A stretch of DNA of 64,000 nt from positions 2,368,001-2,432,000 of the forward strand of contig OZ241362.1 of the NCBI GenBank assembly GCA_965200315.1, written 5' to 3'. The stretch's first letter is position 1; every line of letters starts with the position of its first letter. Positions 60,254 to 64,000 of this stretch are shown here, in pieces. The notes beneath the pieces were generated by a model, which saw only the letters and a list, made by a program, of their open reading frames with translations, was not told where the DNA came from and searched no databases. The translations under genes were made by a program, and so were the position numbers. The stretch comes from Candidatus Latescibacterota bacterium (GTDB lineage Bacteria; Latescibacterota; UBA2968; UBA8231).

Positions 60254-62647
60254 CTAGTAAAACTGCGGGCCGAACTGGAAGTGGGTCTTCCAGCCAGCCG
60301 GCGTACCATCGATATCCTTGCGGTCAAAACCATAACCGAAGTCAAAGCCGATCATCCCCAGCATCGGCGTCTGGACGCGAAAGCCAAAGCCCAGCGAACG
60401 CTTGAGGTCCAAAGGATTGAGCTCGGGAATCGTCGCCCAAGCGTTGCCTGCGTCAGCGAAGAGGATGCCGTACACTTGCTGCTCGGCTATTGGAAAGCGG
60501 TACTCTAGATTCAACACCATCATCGAGCGGCCGCCGAGGGGAATCCCAGTGTCGCCGGCCCTCGGGCCCAAAGAGTAATCTGGATAGCCCCGGACCTGTC
60601 CGTCCCAGTAATCAATACCGCCTGGAGTAAACAGATCATAGTACGAAATGAGGCCGTCGTCCTCGTCGGAAAAACCATCTATGACCGCGACTTTAGTCTC
60701 CAAACTCCAGACGAACTTCCACCAACTCGGCCGGTAGTAGTTGAAATTCACTTCGTGGTTGTGGAAGTTCACATCGCCAGCCACGATCGAAGTCGCGACC
60801 GATGGAGTGTAGCTAAAAACCGTCCCCTTGGTCGGAAATTCGGCCCGGTCGCGCGTATCGCGCGTATAGATCAACTCAAAGCGGCTTGTAAGCCGATCTT
60901 GGTAACGGGGATCGTTCTCAGCCCCTGTAAAGCTGTCGCTGAAGTCGGAATAACCTTGGCTATAAAGGCGATAGCCCAGCGAAAGGCTAGAGTTGGCTGG
61001 CTTCTTCAACCGCCGACCCACTCGCACATTGATCGACTTGCGCTGGGATTTCCAGAGGATCGAATCGTACCTGCCTGACCGGTAGTCATAGTAATGGAGG
61101 TTTTGCGTATAAGCGCGCGCCGACAAACTGGTCGGGGTGTCGAAAAGCCACGGCTCGGTAAAACCAACGAGGAACTGCTCGCGCCGGGTCCCGAACTCCC
61201 AGTTAAAATCCAGACTCTGGCCCATGCCGCGGAAGTTGGGAACCTGCAAGCCGATTTGGCCTACCATCTTGTCGCGGTCCGAATACCCCGCCCCCATAGA
61301 CGCTTGCCCAGTCTGCCGCTCATCGACGTTAAACACCATATCCACCAGCCGTTCGCCCTCGCCGGTGCCGTATTGGGGCTGGATTTGCACGTCTTTGAAG
61401 AAGTTCAACAGCATTATGCGCCGCTGACTTTCTTGAACGAGGTTTTGCTGATAAATATCGCCCGGACGCAATTCGATCTCGCGCCGGATCACCTTCTCTC
61501 GCGTCTTGGTATTGCCGGCGATCTCGACCTTGCGAATCGTCCACGGCTGCCCTTCAAATACCTGAAACGACACATCAATCGAGTCATTGCGAATCGTCTC
61601 CTGCGGCACCACGCGCGTGTCTAAGTAGCCCTTCTCGTAATAGACAAAGCGCGCCAAATCGGCTAGCTCTGGCCCCGAGCGCCCATATATCATCCCCTCC
61701 TGCATATCCAGCTTCCCCACCAATTCGTCGGTGCCGAAGAGCTCGTTGCCTTCCCAAGCAACTTCGCCCAACCGGTACTGTAGCCCCTCGTCGATTTCCA
61801 CGTCGATGAATAAGTGCCGCCGCGTCGAGTCGTAATAGACGCTGTCGCGCACTATGGCTGCCTGCTGAAAACCCAAGCTGCGATAGTACGCCAGCAGCTT
61901 CTGCTTGTCCTCCTCGTACGTATCGCCGTTGAACTCGCCCTTGCGCCACCAGCGCTTTTCCTCGGTTTCCATCAACGACACCAACCGGCGCGGCTCCGGA
62001 CCTTGGCCAGCCCATTTTTGCGGCCGCCGAGGACTGCGCACCGGCAACTCTCGGCTGTCGACCACCGTGCCGTCGGCGCGGTGTTGGATCAAGCGGATCT
62101 GCTTGATCTGCACCTTGGATCCCTCGTTGATGTCGTACTGGAGGAATATCTCACCCTCTTCTGCACCGGCAAAGGTCTGGCCCTTGACCTCAGCGCGCAG
62201 ATAGCCCTTCTCGCGATAGAGGTCGAGGATTTTTTGCTCGCCCCGCACCACATCCCTCGGCGCGATAACCTGACCGGTGACCAAGCTCAGTGCCTCCTTG
62301 AGGTCTTTCTCCTTGAGGTTTTTCTGCCCCTTGAACTGCAAACCCTCTAAGGCTGGGTATTCTTCAACCATGATGATCAGGTTGATTCCCTCGGGGGCGG
62401 GGTCGCCCCATATCTGGATATCCTCAAAGACGTTGAGTCCTTGGAGATCGCGCACTGCCTGCTGCACGTTCTCTTGCGACAGCTCAACTCCAGGCTCCAA
62501 GCCCACCGTGGTCAGGATCAGCGACTTGGCCACCTTGCGCAACTTACCCTGCACCTCGATCGAGACAACCTTTTGGGCCTCAACCGCGTTCCCCATCAAT
62601 CCCACAGAGACGATAGCAAAAAGTATGGTGCGGAAATTCTTTTTCAT
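60254..62647 (-). CDS. bamA: Outer membrane protein assembly factor
   Basis: POTRA repeats, GNTKTREKVIRRE, NFRGMGQ, FTEPW, VRGY, GMIGFDFG, QFGPQFY. Confidence 0.95.
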   Translation of the reverse strand: MKKNFRTILFAIVSVGLMGNAVEAQKVVSIEVQGKLRKVAKSLILTTVGLEPGVELSQENVQQAVRDLQGLNVFEDIQIWGDPAPEGINLIIMVEEYPALEGLQFKGQKNLKEKDLKEALSLVTGQVIAPRDVVRGEQKILDLYREKGYLRAEVKGQTFAGAEEGEIFLQYDINEGSKVQIKQIRLIQHRADGTVVDSRELPVRSPRRPQKWAGQGPEPRRLVSLMETEEKRWWRKGEFNGDTYEEDKQKLLAYYRSLGFQQAAIVRDSVYYDSTRRHLFIDVEIDEGLQYRLGEVAWEGNELFGTDELVGKLDMQEGMIYGRSGPELADLARFVYYEKGYLDTRVVPQETIRNDSIDVSFQVFEGQPWTIRKVEIAGNTKTREKVIRREIELRPGDIYQQNLVQESQRRIMLLNFFKDVQIQPQYGTGEGERLVDMVFNVDERQTGQASMGAGYSDRDKMVGQIGLQVPNFRGMGQSLDFNWEFGTRREQFLVGFTEPWLFDTPTSLSARAYTQNLHYYDYRSGRYDSILWKSQRKSINVRVGRRLKKPANSSLSLGYRLYSQGYSDFSDSFTGAENDPRYQDRLTSRFELIYTRDTRDRAEFPTKGTVFSYTPSVATSIVAGDVNFHNHEVNFNYYRPSWWKFVWSLETKVAVIDGFSDEDDGLISYYDLFTPGGIDYWDGQVRGYPDYSLGPRAGDTGIPLGGRSMMVLNLEYRFPIAEQQVYGILFADAGNAWATIPELNPLDLKRSLGFGFRVQTPMLGMIGFDFGYGFDRKDIDGTPAGWKTHFQFGPQFY

Positions 62648-62648
62648 A

Positions 62649-64000
62649 TCAGCTCGCGGTCTCGCGTTTCTTCTTCACTCTTTCGCTCGTACCCACTCGA
62701 CGCTCCTCGTCAAAAACTAGTTCCTCACCCCTTTTGGTGACGCGGATGCGACTGCCCTCGCCAAAGCGGCCTTGGAGAATCTCCTCGGCCAACGGATCTT
62801 CGAGCATCTTCTGTATAGACCGCTCCAAATAGCGCGCACCATACGCCTGATCAAAACCCTTGTCGGCAAGCAAGGATTTCGCTCCAGGCGTAACTCGCAC
62901 TTGGATATCCTGCAATGCTAACCGCGCTTTGAATTCCTCCAAGCGAATATCTATTATGGCGGCGATGTGCTCTTTGTCGAGCGCGTGGAAAATGATGATG
63001 TCGTCAACGCGATTGAGGAATTCGGGATTGAAGGTCTTTTTTAAGGCGTCGTTGATTTTGCCCTCCATCAGCGCGTACATCGAGTCGGAATCGGACTTTT
63101 GGAAGCCCAATACACCACCCGTGCCCACATCCCGACTGCCCGCGTTAGAGGTCATAATCAGCACGGTGTTGCAAAAATCTACTTTGCGGCCCGTGCTGTC
63201 GGTGAGCCGTCCCTCGTCGAGAATCTGCAACAAGATGTTGAAAACATCGGGATGGGCTTTCTCGACCTCGTCTAGCAGAACCACTGAATACGGACGACGG
63301 CGAACCCGCTCGGTAAGCTGCCCGCCCTCATCAAAACCCACGTAGCCCGGAGGTGCGCCAATCAGGCGCGACACCGCGAATTTCTCCATGTACTCAGACA
63401 TATCGACCGAAATCAACGCATCGGCGTCGTCGAAGAGGAATTCGGCTAGCCGCTTGGCCAACTCGGTCTTGCCCACGCCCGTCGGGCCGAGAAAGATAAA
63501 CGAGCCGATGGGCCGCTTGGGATCCTGTAGGCCCGCACGACTGCGACGGATGGCCCGTGCAACCGCAGAGACCGCCTGTTGCTGACCGACGATGTTCTTT
63601 GTGAGGGCGTCTTCCATGGCTAGCAGGCGCTCGGTCTCGGTCTTAGCCAGCCGCGAGATGGGAATGCCGGTCATACTAGCGATAACCTCGGCGATGTCGT
63701 CTGTGGTCACTTCGACCACTTCGTCGCGGACCGCTTCCTCCCACGCTTTGCGTTTGTCTTTTAGCTGTTCATTCAAATGGAGCGCCTTGTCGCGCAGCAC
63801 GGCGGCGTCCTCGAAGTCTTGGCGCTCGGACGCTTCGTTTTTTTGGCGATTGATTTCCTGTATCTCGGCCTCGATGCGGCCGATCTCTTCCGGCGGACTG
63901 AGCCGCGCCAGATGCACGCGCGAGCCCGTCTCGTCAATCACATCAATGGCCTTGTCGGGCAAGTAGCGGTCGCTTATGTAGCGATCGGACTGGCGTACCG
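62649..64000 (-). CDS. clpC: ATP-dependent Clp protease ATP-binding subunit, partial (5' end outside window)
   Basis: PDKAID, UVR-like QDFEDAAVLRD, GPTGVGKT, LIGAPPGYVG, DEVEKAHP, VLGF ClpP-binding loop. Confidence 0.93.
   Translation of the reverse strand, partial: VRQSDRYISDRYLPDKAIDVIDETGSRVHLARLSPPEEIGRIEAEIQEINRQKNEASERQDFEDAAVLRDKALHLNEQLKDKRKAWEEAVRDEVVEVTTDDIAEVIASMTGIPISRLAKTETERLLAMEDALTKNIVGQQQAVSAVARAIRRSRAGLQDPKRPIGSFIFLGPTGVGKTELAKRLAEFLFDDADALISVDMSEYMEKFAVSRLIGAPPGYVGFDEGGQLTERVRRRPYSVVLLDEVEKAHPDVFNILLQILDEGRLTDSTGRKVDFCNTVLIMTSNAGSRDVGTGGVLGFQKSDSDSMYALMEGKINDALKKTFNPEFLNRVDDIIIFHALDKEHIAAIIDIRLEEFKARLALQDIQVRVTPGAKSLLADKGFDQAYGARYLERSIQKMLEDPLAEEILQGRFGEGSRIRVTKRGEELVFDEERRVGTSERVKKKRETAS

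Overview
High-GC bacterial chromosomal window. Almost every gene is on the minus strand, co-oriented with one rRNA operon (16S-tRNA-Ile-23S-5S); only lysA is on +. BamA/Skp, a TonB-dependent receptor, a PorV-like barrel, a T9SS-type C-terminal domain and a group II GGGP synthase suggest a diderm FCB-superphylum lineage, possibly Latescibacterota-like (inference only). Most of the window is housekeeping: metK, ptsI/ptsH, alaS, recX/recA, pgpA/pgsA, recR, dnaX, a large Alu-type SRP RNA, 3 further tRNAs, tadA, ilvE, rsmA, holB, rimI, tsaB, ruvCAB, yebC, an EF-G paralog, pyrB, fabZ, skp, bamA and partial clpC. The best candidate for an undescribed system is a tightly coupled ~21 kb operon (38178 to 17380). 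It encodes ilvE, an Opp-type binding protein, two small hypotheticals, a GlmL/MutL-family actin-like ATPase with no B12 mutase partner in the window, a hybrid-motif/KOW protein, two apparently paralogous membrane-anchored alpha/beta proteins with opposite predicted topology, two polytopic membrane proteins, a TonB receptor, a T9SS-CTD protein, a PorV-like barrel, a TPR lipoprotein and OppB/OppC, with no ABC ATPase. Also notable: a lipoprotein gene interrupted by an inverted 103-bp copy of part of the nearby sugar isomerase gene, an unannotated 38-aa very basic ORF with its own RBS and terminator, and a bamA-skp-fabZ cluster lacking lpxD/lpxC/lpxA. No integrase, transposase or CRISPR array was seen. 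All family calls come from motif recognition by eye, not database searches.
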